The notes beneath the pieces were generated by a model that saw nothing but the letters and a program-made list of their open reading frames with translations, searched no databases and was not told where the DNA came from. This document shows, piece by piece, positions 1 to 14,300 of a stretch of 64,000 nt of DNA. Location: assembly GCA_012295275.1 (NCBI GenBank), contig CM022665.1, forward strand, positions 1,736,001 through 1,800,000, read 5' to 3'. The translations under genes were made by a program, and so were the position numbers. This stretch comes from Chrysomallon squamiferum (Eukaryota > Animalia > Mollusca). Position 1 is the stretch's first letter, and the number at the start of each line of letters is the position of its first letter.

Positions 1-878
1 CACACACACAACACCGTAACAAGCTGTAATTCATTTATAACTATCAGCAATTTAGAAAATTATACATGATAATCTTAAAATAGTTATAAGATGATCTTAC
101 CCTGTGTGATGATATGTGTTCTTTTGAAAATAAAAAAATACCTTAGCTAATAGTCAATAGGTAACTACATGCTGTTTTGGTTCATGCAATTATTAATGTC
201 CAAACTATCAAGTTCTTCTATGCAGATACATTAAAATTTAAAGCAAATTAATTGTGCTGTTATCCATAAAAACAACAACACTGTATTATAAGTAGGCAGG
301 TACATTTTAATTTGGTTCCTATAACTGACAATGTGCCAGCAAATTATTAAATTTTAAAATCTAACATACTTTGAAATGAAATGAAATGACTACATCAGTC
401 TCTTTCAACATCAGTATGAAAAGGTTTATTGTTAATACTATTATTATAATACTGTCAAAATAACATTAATTCATCCACATTCACAATTAGTATTACTTAA
501 TTAGTTTTTGTTGTTGTTCGTTTGTTGTTAGTTTGTTTGGGTTTTTTGTTTATATATATTACATACACTTATTGTGACTTAATCAAGTTAATGAATTATT
601 ATTATACAATAAAATATAAATTACATCTTATTTGTACTTTTATACAGAGTAATGTGTTTGCGTATGTGTGTGATAGGCATTAAATATTAATAAAAAGGAT
701 TAAAAACAGCAGTAATTATAAATATATAAATTGCTGTTAATGATGACAGTAGAAAAATAAACTTCAAGACAAGATAATTATGAGATAAATCACGATGACC
801 GACTCAATGAAAATGATGAAAAAAAGTATGGCTCTGAAACGTTATATTAACAATTTCTCTTATAAATGTTCTTCTTAC

Positions 879-990
879 CTTAAGGTACAAGTCGGAATTT
901 AAATAAACTAAAGAAAATTTGAATTAAAGATGGAAAGTTTAGTTACTTCATAACAATGTCAACAAAACAAATATTTAGAGGTAGCCATTT
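879..990 (-). other. Candidate noncoding first exon of a divergent gene running off the left edge
   Basis: Minus strand reads AAATGGCTAC...TTAAG|GTAAGA (donor at 879|878). A second minus-strand donor CAGG|GTAAGA lies at 101|100. Confidence 0.4.
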
Positions 991-1036
991 TCTAATTTGA
1001 CGTCATTACGGCACTGCGCATGAGTGGAAGCGCCGA
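984..1036. promoter_or_regulatory. CpG-containing, probably bidirectional promoter upstream of B4GAT1
   Basis: GCCATTTT (YY1-like, minus orientation) at 984, perfect CRE TGACGTCA 998-1005, NRF1-like TGCGCATG 1015-1022, local CpG cluster in a CpG-poor background. Confidence 0.6.
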
Positions 1037-1496
1037 GAACAATAATTATTGGAAATAATCTTAAAGTGTAAATAGAAAGTACGAATACTGCTATACATTT
1101 TTATTTGTTTATACATGAATGTCATTAGTTAACAGCAGAGTTGTAATAATGGCCTTTTATCAGCATATAACATACACTATGCGTAACTGTCAAAGGGAAT
1201 GTTTTTCTAGTGCACGTTCAGATTAACAAACAGTTAGTGAGTTACAAAGTAACAAAAATATGAAAGACATAAAAATCATTATTTCAGTATCTGTCCTGCT
1301 ATTATTGTGCATGACAGTGCAGAATTAATAAATTAATGTTTGATATTATTTTTATAAAGCAATTACGTAAAAAGAAGAAATGTATTAATTAGTTTAATGA
1401 CAGCATAAGGAGCCAATGTCAATTTTAAAATCTAAATCAAATTAATATTTTTAATCGGTTAATCATATGGGTTGAGGCTGGTGCTTGTTTTCAACA

Positions 1497-3090
1497 ATGA
1501 GATTTCGACGTTCATTAAAATCACATAAGTTTGGAAAAGTGATAGTTATTTTGGTATTACTAGTCATATTTCTTCAGATCATCCATATGATTATGATAGC
1601 ACGTTTTGAAGCAAAAGAACTACAAGGGAAGAAAACGGTGCCTTACCGACATGATCAAAGCCAGTCAGTCAATGGTTTAATTAGACAGATGGAAAGACGG
1701 ATAGAGAATTCTTACAGATTGGATAACAGTGGTACATACCATATGATTGAAAACATTGTGAAACCTACTCAAGACTGGTCTTCTGAAGACAACAAGTTAT
1801 CTATTATTACTCAGTGTTCTTCAAATCATCTTCACTATCTTGTTCCATTGACAAAACGATGGGATGGCCCTGTGTCAGTTTCAGTATTCACATTTGACAA
1901 AGACATCAGCAATGCTCTGAATAGTATAGCATACTATCACTTGTGTTTCAAACAGATACAACAGACAACATATTTTCATTTAGTTTACCCAATCAACAGA
2001 ACACCTGTGATAACTACAGATAATAAGTCATTTGAACAAAACTGTGAAAAAATGTTAAATTTGAAGGAGACTTTTCTTATCAATTATGATAATGAAGGAA
2101 TTCTCTATCCTCATAATCTGTTGCGTAATTTAGCTATCCGACATTCTGTAACACGCTATGTTTTGATGACTGACATAGACATGCTTCCATCAGTAAATCT
2201 GAAAAATAATTTTCATTCTTTAGTGAATCTACTTGAAACTTCAGGAATTCAAACAATGAAAACTGCATTTGTTTTACCAGCATTTGAAGCTAAATATGAC
2301 ATTGATATTCCATCTGACAAAAAAGAATTAATAGCCCAGTGGGACAGAGGCACTGTAAGGCCATTTTATAAGATGGCTTGTTGGAAATGCCAGAAATACA
2401 CAAAATATGACAAGTGGAAAATGCTGGAATCAAAAGCTAATTTAGAGGTTGCTTATTCTCTGACTTGGAAAGATCCTTGGGAACCTTTTTTCATTGGTGA
2501 TAGGTCTTTTCCCCTTTATGATGAAAGATTCAAGCAGTATGGTTTCAACAGAATTAGTCAGGTTTGTTTCACAACTGTACATTGGAAAAGTAAATGCTTG
2601 TTTTCGTTATATTCTTCCATTTTGTCACTTTTTTTAAAGAATCATCTTTATCACATTTTCTTTTTACCAATGCAGAGTAAAAGATATTGATGTTTTTCAT
2701 ACTGTTTGATGTACTAATTTGTTTTAACTTTATAAAGTAATTTTAAAAACTTGAAATTTCAGTTTGCTTACAACTAGAATTAGATTTGAATATTCCCAAA
2801 ATACGCTGATGGCTACTGATTAAACTTATTCTAAACGTAAGATTTTCATCTTTGTTAAATAAAACATGAATATCATTGCATCATTTATTTTTCAGGTTTG
2901 TGAAATGCATATAGCTGGGATAAATTTTGCTGTGTTAAACAATGCTTTTCTTGTACACCATGGGTTTAAAGAACCAGATAAATTTCACAAAACAAAAGAA
3001 GATGAGTTGAACAGAAACCGACTGTTATTCCGACAGTTCAAAGAAGAATTAAAAGTGAAATATCCAGATTCTAGTAGAAGATGCTACTAA
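1497..3090 (+). CDS. B4GAT1: Beta-1,4-glucuronyltransferase 1 (GT49 family, Golgi type II membrane protein); join(1497..2561,2896..3090), 419 aa
   Basis: ATG at 1497 (the track starts at an upstream TTG). Short basic N-tail, then [19 protein letters not shown]49 motifs [21 protein letters not shown], DxD (TDIDMLPS), [29 protein letters not shown]|[19 protein letters not shown], and C-terminal YP.S.RRC. Phase-0 intron 2562..2895 (CAG|GTTTGT ... TTTTCAG|) joins the two track ORFs. Confidence 0.93.
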
Positions 3091-4270
3091 AACTCCAAAT
3101 AATTATGTTTAAATTTTTTTTTTGAAAATATGAACAGAAATATATATTTATTCGAAACCTGAAAACAGATCATGTAGTAAAGGCATGATCATAGCAGATA
3201 CCATGTTAAATAACAGAAACTGAGAAGTATGACTTCCCTTGTGCCAGTCTTCCAGATGCTTTTATTTTGCACAGTGAAATACCATCACACTGTTTCAGAC
3301 ATAAGATGGTACATTTTAATTGTACCATTTATTATTTATTGAGGAGCAGTTCTGTTTTCATTTGTGATGTAAAATAATTCACGATTTTTACTGAATGTTT
3401 TGTACTTTTATAGCTTAAGTAAAATTGGAAGAAAATCTCAGCATATTGCATTGTTTTAATGTTTTAATCAACTGAAAACAGATGATGTTATTTATGCTTT
3501 TGTTTTATATTTTAATTTATTTATCCTGCTTGAAAGAATTATGCCAAATAATAATTTTAAAAAATGGCCAAGTATTACCTGTGTGTGTAAGATGAAACAT
3601 GAGACAAAACAAATGTAATGCTTGCTGGATTTATTAAGTAAATTGTTAGATAAACTTGAGTATTGCTGGAATATATATTTTTTAATTTATGTTGTATGAC
3701 AGTAAAACTAAGCTGTCTTAGATATCAGTATTGTATTTAATGAATAAAATGAAAGAAAGAACTCACATTAAATCTAACACATCAGTTGCATCCCTTCCAG
3801 ATTCACTGTTATTTGACAGATGTTCATTCTAAGGTGTTGGTATCTTGTTAAGTCAGACTGACAATGCTTATGTGTCCAATTAAATATTTGGTTAGATTAT
3901 TTGATAAATGCAACTGCTAGGTCATATTCCCAGAACTTTCACTTTATCAAAATGTTTGCACAATTAACCATCAGCTCCAATATGTATTTTTAGCAGTTGC
4001 TTTTTTTTTCCCTCCTTTCTTTCCAATGTGCATTTTTGAAGTTGTTGTCGGATAGTTCAACTAACCATGTGTATTTTGATTTTGTACTGAAGTGCATAAT
4101 TTTCTATTATTTCCATTAAGCTTCATTGTCATTCTATCAAAATTTTATTATTTTCAATTTAATCCTGGAATGTCAGGTTTAAAAACATATTTCATTGTTT
4201 ATCTGATGTCAAGTATACAATGATAATACTCTATGATTTTCAATTTGCAGCTTCTTATTATGCAAAAGGA

Positions 4271-4420
4271 AATAAAAATGTATGTATTTACACATCAACA
4301 CAGAACGAGTAGAGAAAACTAAATAAACTATGTAGACATACTGATAAAGAGAAATGGAGAAAAGGATAACTCAGTGAAACAACAACAACTTGTTATCAAC
4401 TTTATTTGTGTTGAAATAAA
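4271..4420. terminator. Candidate convergent polyadenylation region (B4GAT1 vs PPP1R14)
   Basis: AATAAA at 4271, 4322 and 4415 (+), TTTATT at 4401-4406 (minus AATAAA); T-rich to A-rich skew change near 4260. Confidence 0.35.
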
Positions 4421-5255
4421 CATTTGCCTGAGGAATGATCCCCTTACAATTAATAATTTACTAAACATGAATAAACAGCAGAAAATTCCAGTTCCATTAC
4501 GTCCACAATGGGTTACTTGTCAACTATTTGTGACAGAATATCCAGAATCTTAAAAATAAATCATCACCATAATACAGAATATTTAAACTTGTGGGTTAGA
4601 TTGTGGCAGTACATTCCAGTGATTTCCTTTCAAAATGAGTGGCTACAATCATTTTAAAACTACATGTTTTTTCTCAGAAGGTAACTTCCAGAAGTATTTT
4701 TAAAGTGAAAGTATTTTTGAAAATATTTGAATAATTTGAATTTTCACCTTTTCCGTAACAAAAATTATGCTGTTGACTGTAGTTTTTAAAATGAAATTTA
4801 AATAATAATTCAGTTAATTAAAAATGTATTAATCATTACAGACTAAATGGTAATTCTGAAAATATAATCATTGACAGCATTCACACTGTGGACAATAACA
4901 GAATCAAATGGGGAAGACATTTTGTAAAAACATCTAATATTAAGAGTTATATTTTACAAAAACTAATAGTAATATTACAACAAACTCAAATACTATTTAA
5001 CTTAAGTTTTACATGCACTTTTAACATTTTCTAAATTGACAAAAACGAAAAACAAAATTATTTTGTGAATAAGAATTTACTGTTCTTTACTTTCCATTAA
5101 AATAATGAATTATTATCTCTTAAAATAAAATAAATTTGAAAAAAAAGAAAGAATTTAAAACAATTTAATGTTTTATTTTCACTTTTGATGTGGCAGATTT
5201 TCAAATGATACTGAGTAAATAGAAACCATTTTTCATTTATTTTAAAACGTTTACA

Positions 5256-5286
<31 letters not shown>

Positions 5287-8103
5287 ATCTTGTCTCATTT
5301 GAGCTGTTAGTATGAGAGGAGAGAAAAAAATTGTACTACTATTATGCTGAATTGCAGTGCAGTGGAGACAGATGTGATCTTGTAAGATACATGCTAATTA
5401 TCGATATTTTCTTTATTAACATCAATTTGTTAAATTCTTGCCAAATTGTATCGGTATAAAATGAAAAAACTAACTTTTCAAATCTGAACAGGAATTTTAA
5501 TGTAAGCTAACAAAGCAACAAATGTAAACAAAAAAACACAAACCGTCAACTTTTAAAAATTACAAGTAACATTTTGAAAAAAAGATAACTCACACATATA
5601 CAGAAATACTGTGCAATACAAACATTTCTGCACACTGTAAAGGCTCATGTTTAATAAAATATGTACATTCAACAAAGAAAGAAAGAAAAAGACACCTAGC
5701 AAATACAATTCAGCAGTGTTGAAAATGGTAGTTACAAAACAAGTGGCCTTCCAGTAAAGAAACATTTTTTTTTTTCAGATTCAAAGACTAAGGCACAACT
5801 TGAATTACTGCTTTACTTCAGTCAAGTTATAATGCACTTCATAAAGCACTGTAATAATTTCAAAAGATATGCGAGTTCTTCAGTTACAGTTTCAATTCAT
5901 ATTTACTGTACAAATCACTTTTCACAGGGCAATGGATTGTTAATATATTTATAGTAAAATAAAGAAAGATATAGAATCCCACTTTTTTGGATGTAATGAT
6001 CCATTATTTGCACCATGTTTAAAAACAATCAAAGCAACAGAACACTGTTTCCCGATATAGAATTTTCAATAATAATCCAGTGTTTAAAAGAAGGAAAAAT
6101 GAACATCAGTTCAGGTATCTGAACTTAACAAAGCTGACTGATAAACATAAATGTTAAAAATTAGTTGAATGAGACAAATACGAGTGAAAAGAAGTTGTAA
6201 AAATAATGTTATTTTCATTGAAAACAATAAAAGATTGATCATCACATACAACAGTTTAATCAATCTTAATACCAACCTCATCTGGACTAAATGTAAATGT
6301 ATGATGAATTAAAATTAGTCTGAGCAAGCTAGGCTTAGGGAAGGGAAAGAATATATATACACCCCCATAATTATATCCCAATATTATGGAGTATTAAACT
6401 GAATATATGTAACTTGGATAACAAATAAAAATTATCCACTTAATTCAAATTTACAAAACTCTCCAGATCCTGAACATTTAATCCTACTAATTTAGCAGTA
6501 ATTAAAATATCAGGAAAAGCAGCAGCATTTTAAATCAGTGGACATGAAGTGGTTACAATGTGGTATCACTTTTAAAAAAAACACCTGTTTAATATATAAT
6601 TAAAAAAAAATAATAATAATAACTAAAAATAGGTCTCTATAGAAACTTAAGATCTGACCTGTCCTCTAGAAGTATGAAATGAGGTATGCAGTAACAATCA
6701 CATAATTATAAAAAAACAAAAAACAAACCAAACACATATTTGATTTCTAAAGGTTATTACACATATTGTTAAAAATTTGTGGAACTATACCATCTCCAAG
6801 CTAAAAACTAAATTTGTAATTATCTTAAGGTAATGTTGCACTTCCCCAAATAAAGTTGAGGCTGTAGCAATCATGTAAAATGATCTGAGGATACAAGAAA
6901 CAAACACCATTAACAGTTGTAATATTTTCCGAATAGTTTTATTTTTACATGATGTCTGGATTTAAATGAATACTGAAAGAAAATCCACAATTCTGTAATA
7001 TGTCTGTGGAGTTCAGAATTCTAAATAAGAATGGTTTATTTTGAAAAAGATTTCCAATAACAGCGTAATGCTTTATTTAGATATATTTGGTGAAATTACA
7101 AGCATTAAGGGGCTGCAACTCCTCATTTTCCCTTTACACAACCAGCCAGCTTCTGTATGTTTAGAATGAAAAAATTAATTCAAATATTTAAAAAGAAAGA
7201 AAAATTAAACATATAGGTCTTATTATTTAATTTTTATTTTTTTTTTATTTTTATAAAAATGAAACATATGGCACATTAAAAAAATAATAATAATAATTTA
7301 AAAGGAAATTAAAAAAACATTGGTTCCAGGTTTTTTCTTTATATATTACAAATTAAATGGTGCTTATAAATTATTTCAACAAAGGCTGGATTTCCTACTA
7401 TATTTGGATTCACAATTCCGTATATAAATATGAAATAATTTATCAGTAAAAATGTTGTGTACTTTCTTGGTTTAAACTTGTTACCTGAGATACTTAATGT
7501 TTTACTTCTGTTGTGGTCATTTGTTTTTAGATCAGAATTTGGGAAACATTCTTAATGAAAATTAAATAACAAATATTTTCTGAGATGTGCTAAAATTCCT
7601 TGTAGGTAACACCATGATTACAGCCAATTTCCTGCAATATCTGCCTATCTAGTTGGTTGCTAGTTAATATTACATAAGTTTCAAACTATTCTGAATCAGG
7701 TTTACCTTTAACAATATCTATTTCATTACAAAGATGTTCTGAAGAGATCATTTATGATATGTTAACTGTATGAAGTATAAACCAGTATTGTTAAATTTCT
7801 AACACAACGGTCACATGGTCACAAAACAATCTGCTTTGCTGCCTAGTAGTACTGGTAACCACAGTTTTTGAAAACATGATTGAGGTTTAAAAAATAATAA
7901 AAATGAAAAAAGAAAAAGAAAAATCTATTTTACAGTTATGTACAAAAAAAATAAAATAAAATAAACATTAAAAAAAATGTTATAAATAATATTTTTATAC
8001 TGCAGAAGCAATTTACCCATTTTGTTTTAGTTAATGACCAACTTTCTGAGAGACAGAGATAACAATTAAGTTAGCCAGATGCAAGGAAATACCTGCATTT
8101 TAT

Positions 8104-8147
8104 CAATTCCCCCTTCCATCTTTACCAATTCCCCCTTCCATCTTTAC
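8104..8147. repeat. Perfect 22-bp tandem duplication
   Basis: CAATTCCCCCTTCCATCTTTAC x2. Confidence 0.9.
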
Positions 8148-8751
8148 CCTGCTATTAGTCTGAAACAGTTTGCCATTTTCATTTCCTTTTTTCTTCAGTT
8201 AGAAACTTTAAAGTATTTCCTATCTGATATTATATGTATTTGTGACTGATATATATAATGTACATGTCTATATAAATATACAAGTAGATAAAATAACTGT
8301 CTATTTAACTAACAAATTCAACACACAACTTTTTGTTAATGAATATACACAAGCGAACAAAAGAACTTGTGGTTTCAATATGAAGGGGAAGTAACTTGTA
8401 TCGAACTGGTGATTAAAATGTTAAAAAGTTCTAAAATCAGTAATGTACAGATTTAAAACGTCCACACACACAAAGATGTCACTGGACAAAACAAACTTTA
8501 TACTGAAATGTAGTCCAGCATGTTTAATACTGTTCTACAAGATCTGAAGGATAACAAAGTGTACATGTACAACATAATATCAGAGTATGATGATACATCA
8601 TGGACATAATGCTTAACCAGTAATGATGATGATGACAACAGCGATGATCAGTACGTGGCTCAAACACCAGTGTTTGATGATGAGGCAGTCTGGATTCTGT
8701 GATACAGCACACTCATCCACACATGAGCAAATGGGAAAAATGGTTGCTATA

Positions 8752-8793
8752 TTATAATGTCTTTGCCTTTTCCAATAATTCTTCAACAAATTC
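8752..8793 (-). CDS. PPP1R14: PPP1R14 exon 4 coding part
   Basis: TCTTTCAG|GAATTTGTT...ACATTATAA; translates EFVEELLEKAKTL*. Confidence 0.88.
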   Translation of the reverse strand, partial: EFVEELLEKAKTL

Positions 8794-11314
8794 CTGAAAG
8801 AAGATAATAAATGATGTTGTTAATTTTCATTTAATTAACTATTATTTTGAATGTAATTTGAATTAATTTACTTTTTGAACAGAAACAAAAAATAAAGTGT
8901 AAAAATTAAAATTTTAAATTTAAAGTGATAATAAAGATTTATTATTATATTATATATGTATGTATTTCAAAATTTAATTATTAAGTCATTTAGCTGATAT
9001 ACTTTATCAGTATATACAATAAACCTCTCACCATTACTTCTTCTCTGGGTTTGGGTACATCAGCTAAACAGTCCTAAAAAGACAATAACATAATTCAGTT
9101 ATATTTGACATACAGTCACAAGAATAGAAGATACAATGAAATTTAGAAAAAAAATAAAAAATAAAATTAAAAAGCAAGTAAAATTAATTTATTGTTCTAA
9201 AAAAAAAGAAAAAAAAAGTCAAAAACAAAATGGTACACAGACATAACATAATTAAGAAAACAATGCAACGAGTGCCTTCATCAACTATGTGAATGAACTC
9301 TGCTGGCATATAAAAATTTTGTTTTTGCTCAGAAGAACACTCAAGTCAATTTAAAAAATAATAATAATAAAATTAAAATATATGTACTGCCAAGCAAAGT
9401 GGAAGACAAAATGAAAAGCAAATCAAAATTAAAGTATCCATTTCCTACATTCATTTTTTAAACCATATTTTTCAGCATGAGAAAATGCACACAACGTATT
9501 ATAAACTGTAAATTAAAGAACCTTGAAAGGTTGTTAAAACTACTTTTTTCTATATAAACATTTTGTAAGGTGTTTCAAAAACACATCCATTCACTGATCT
9601 GAAAACTCAGATCATGACAAAACACATTTCTCTGTAAAGAGCACAAGCCACACAGTTTGTTTGTACAACCTGTTTATAAAGCACTATCATCAAACAGACT
9701 CATCAAGTGTATTTGGTATCTGCTTACCTGGAAAGGTCCCAAGAGCCAATCAATATTGCTTATTGGCTAACTGGACAGATTGTCAGAACACTAACAATGG
9801 CCAGCTAGATTTCATGCAGGGCACAATAATAAAAGATTTGGACACACCCAAACTAATCTCACAACATACAAACATAATATAGATTTTTCAGGCCTAGTTT
9901 GGTATATAACATCGACTGAATGCTTGTAACTATATTTTCTTTTAAATGTATCTTAATATTGTATTTTCTAAAGAGAGATGATTTATAAAATAATTTTGAA
10001 ATCTTTTATTTTCTTATTTTTTTATTTTTTTTTAAGACCAATTTAAATTTATTTTCGTAAGCATGATTTAACAATGAGGTGCACTATGGACAGAAAAAGA
10101 AAACTGTGTTTATTATTAGTAATAATTTCTTCTGTGTATAAAGCAAACACAAGAATATTGAAGTATTTTATAACTTTTTATGTAGTTAATGTGTTCTGTA
10201 GTTATTATGAACATTATATAACTTTTTATTTAGTTATTGTGTTATGTAGTTATTATGAACATTATATAACTTTTTATGTAGTTAATGTGTTCTGTAGTTA
10301 TTATGAACATTATATAACTTTTTATTTAGTTATTGTTTATGTAGTTATTATGAACACTGCAACTGCTTGTAGGTTCATTTTATATAATCTCAACAAATGT
10401 TTCAAACACTGCACACAGAAACAACCTAAAAATAAATAAAAAGCAATTTCTAAACATGAAATAGGCTTTTCATATATTGATTAACATATATTAAAGTTCT
10501 TAATGAACAGAACTACTATAATTTAAAAATATTAAATCTATATAATTATAATATAGACAGGCGTGAGATTGGCTGCTTAAAATAAATCTGAAACCTGGTA
10601 AAGTGAAAATGGTGAGATCTGAATTCTGAATTTCATTCTATTTTAGGACTATTTTGGGACAAATCTGACTACTTTGCTTTTGCCAAACTTGTCACAAATA
10701 CTATGACAGTTAATAACAACTCATCATGTACTGTAAGATCATATTGTTTCATCAATTTTTCCATATCAGCACTTATATGCATTGTACAGCTTCCCCTAAA
10801 TATGAAAATGCATTGCAATTATGTGTACTGATTATAAAACTAATTTAACATGGAATGGTATTAGATGGTACAATCTAAATGTAAATGTCTACTGGAGCAT
10901 AAGCTGTTCGTGACAGATAAACAATTCAAGACATATCACGTATAAAATCAATATATATCTACATCTGACAATATTGATCTGTAAACTATTTTGGGAAAAT
11001 GATTTTGCGCATACCAGCTGCAACTTTATCTCCAACTAATTTTCTATACTGTCAGACAGTAAAACTGAATATGCAAGTTACTGGCATACTTAGACAAGAA
11101 ACATTTGACTTATTCTTAAGTAGAGTGTTTCTATGTTACACAATTCTATTTTTGCTCAGTTTTATTTACTCTGTGGAAAGAACAAAGTCCACTGTAAAAT
11201 TATTAATATAAATAACGTGTTCCAAGAAAAAGCCAGAATGATCCTTTTGTTTGCACTGGACTTTAACCCAATCATCAAGTAATGCAAATCTTATTTGACT
11301 TCTTGAAGTCCGAC

Positions 11315-11352
<38 letters not shown>

Positions 11353-14300
11353 TTAAAAATAAAGCAGTAACTGAAAACAGTAAAAATGAAAAGGATTGTG
11401 CAATGCATACATGTGGAACACTAAAAAAAAAGGTTAATTACAAGTTTTTCTGCATTAAACAAACCATTTATTCTGTTATACATGTAAATCTCTAAAGTAA
11501 TTTACCATCATCAAAATGTCACATGCTTATCTCCATTGGTAAATAACTGACTGAAATTTAAACAGAAATCACATGTAGAGCAGTGGGCTAAATTGATTTC
11601 CTTAAACTGTAAACGTTGACATAATACTGATTTAAACAACTGTATTTTTTAAATTATTATTATTATTATAATTATTATTATTTTAACCTTTTTCTATTAC
11701 AAAACATCAACAAAAAGCGAGCAAAAAAATAAAATAAAATAAATGCATCTAACTGTCTGTAAACCCCATCTGCTCAGTGTTTGCGAGCAGGGTGTGTAGG
11801 TAAAGCAATATAAATACAAGTAATGACAAACTCCTGATGGGGTACTGGGAAAATAATCATTGAAAAATAAAGATGTGCTGTTGTTTCTTTCTGAGTTTTT
11901 TTTCTCTACAACACACTTTTTGCTTTGTCAGTGACTGTTCAGTGCTATTTATAAAATTTGCTGTATTTGTACAGTTCTGATTTCCAGTATGTGTGTATCA
12001 TGTATAGTCTGTAATACATCCAGCACTAATCTAAAAAGATTAAATCGAGTAATTTCATTAGTCAACAGATTGTCATACTAATACAAGACTGAACTTTGAA
12101 AGCAATTTCTCTAATTTAACATTACTGATGTATATCAGGGTTAATGCTACTGTTAACATATCTTTTGCCTTGTCTGCTAACATATGCATATTAAACAATA
12201 CTGCCTTAAAATCATCAGGTTATTTATTATTTATTTATGTATATATATATTGTTTTTAAAATTCTGTTATGTAAAAATAATAAATCTTAAAGCATTAACT
12301 TTCACAGACCTTATTTCAAACTTGTTTATTTCACAGCCAGTTTCATGCTATTATGTTTGAAAGGAAAAGAAAAAAAAAAGATAATATATTCTAACCAGTA
12401 AAAGTGTTCTCACTAAGCAGTAACTGACTTCAGGCTATTTGAATTAAACTGTGAATCATTTGCATTAAAAGACTAGTAATTAAGTGTTTTCAAGTACAGA
12501 TCAATCACAAACAAGTGTGATTTATTGCAGCTGCAGACAGTAATGCAAAAAATATTTTCATTTTCGTTTAATAATTATACAGTAAAAAAATAATAATCAA
12601 ATCAAATAAAGAAATTTGCAATATAACTATCATCAATAATGACACAAGTGTCATCTTTTGGTTTTCAGAACAGAACAAAGTGGAAGACCTTTTTTCAAGA
12701 AATAATCACTTCAAACTAATGATTCACAAAATATATATTGCAGTGTTTTTCATTAATGAAAGAGAAATAAATACATAAACTCACCATGACGTTTTACATA
12801 GGAAAAAAAAAGAAGGCATAAAGCAATAATAAAAGTGAAAAATAAAACATGTTGGCTAATGTCGATTTCCTAAGTGGAGACTCTTAAAAAACAAAGCTAA
12901 AGGCAGGATATTGATAGCAGTACTGGCCTCTCACCAAAACAGCAATACTTTGTTGCAAGTTTAGAAATGACAATGAGATAATGCAAATAACAGTTTTATT
13001 CATTTAAAAAGAAAACGAAACAAAACAACCTACCAGTGCATACTGTCGTCTTTCCTCATCTGTATCATAATTTAAAATGTCTTCTAGATCCAGAGTGCAT
13101 GAGTGATCATCTTCTGATTCCTGAAATTAGTTTTAAAAATAATAATAATAATAATTAAAAAATTAATTCACAGATGTAGTCAGGAATGTGCTATTAAATG
13201 CAGGATCTCCCAATATTTCATGAAATTTTGGATCAAACTGTAACGTTTATATTAATATTAATAAAAAAAAAAAAATAGCAAAATTCCTAATTATATAACA
13301 GTTTTTGTCACTGCCTGTTTGAAATGAGAAAAGCAAACTAACAGGACAAAATTTAAAAAAAAAAAAAAAAAAAGGCATTATGAACAATTAATCTGTTGTT
13401 CATTTAAAAAATAATAATAATAATAATAATAATAATTCAACTCAAGCAATCGTCACTGTTTTCACAAGAAAATGTATTAAAGTGTTTTATTTCTATGAAA
13501 ATACTGGGTCAAAACACTTTTCATTTAACCACAATACATAGATTATTATTTTATTCCTCATCTGTGCATTTATCTTGCTCATTCAAAATCTATTCACTAG
13601 CACATTACCATATCTGCTTACGTATTATGCTAACATCCAAAGTTTTTAATGACATTCACAAAGATTTAAAAAAGGATCACACTATAAATACAACTGAATA
13701 ACAACAAGATTACATCTCACAGCATGGAAATTCTTTAAAAAATCATTTCATGAAATAACCATTTGAATTAAAAGCCTGTAGGAAGCTTTTTTTCTCTTTT
13801 TTTAAAAAAAACCAACAAATACATGCATTTTATTTATTTTAATTGGCAAAAAAGTACAAAATGTTCTGCATTATCAAATGCCACACTGTTTAGTCATTTA
13901 ATATTCGTCACGTTTTTCATATAAGCAAATTAAATGGTAAAAATAATTGCACATTAATTGTTGAGACAATTTGGTATGAATGCAGAATGACATAATGGAT
14001 ATTAAACTGCTTGAGGAAAAAAAACAAAAAAAACCACAACTAATAATGTGCTTTGTCAGTAAGTATATAACAAAAAGTATGTGAAAACATACACACATAC
14101 ATGCATGCACACACACACACACACGCACGCACGCACGCACACACACACACACACACACACTCTGTTACTTCACATCTTAAGGCTCATATAAAACTCAAAT
14201 AATTTATAGGCCAGACAGTAAATGTTTTCAGTAAAGTGTAAGCAACATTAATAAATACCATTTGAAGTTATAAATCTTTCAGTAGTCCATAAAATGTTAT

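Noticed and set aside
2562-2690. C-terminal 43 codons of the 401-aa track ORF
   Set aside because: Read-through into the intron; GT49 homology continues in the exon at 2896.
8524-8712. 62-aa His/Cys-rich minus ORF just after the PPP1R14 stop (possible readthrough or second cistron)
   Set aside because: Non-ATG start and His run comes from a (CAT)n repeat. In-frame readthrough of TAA hits TGA after 12 codons, and TAA-T is a poor readthrough context.
10074-10439. 121-aa repetitive ORF
   Set aside because: Produced by the 48-bp minisatellite, antisense within an intron.
10558-11040. Possible hAT-like MITE starting CAGGCGTGAGATT with GTGAGAT motifs
   Set aside because: No matching right-hand inverted repeat or target-site duplication found.
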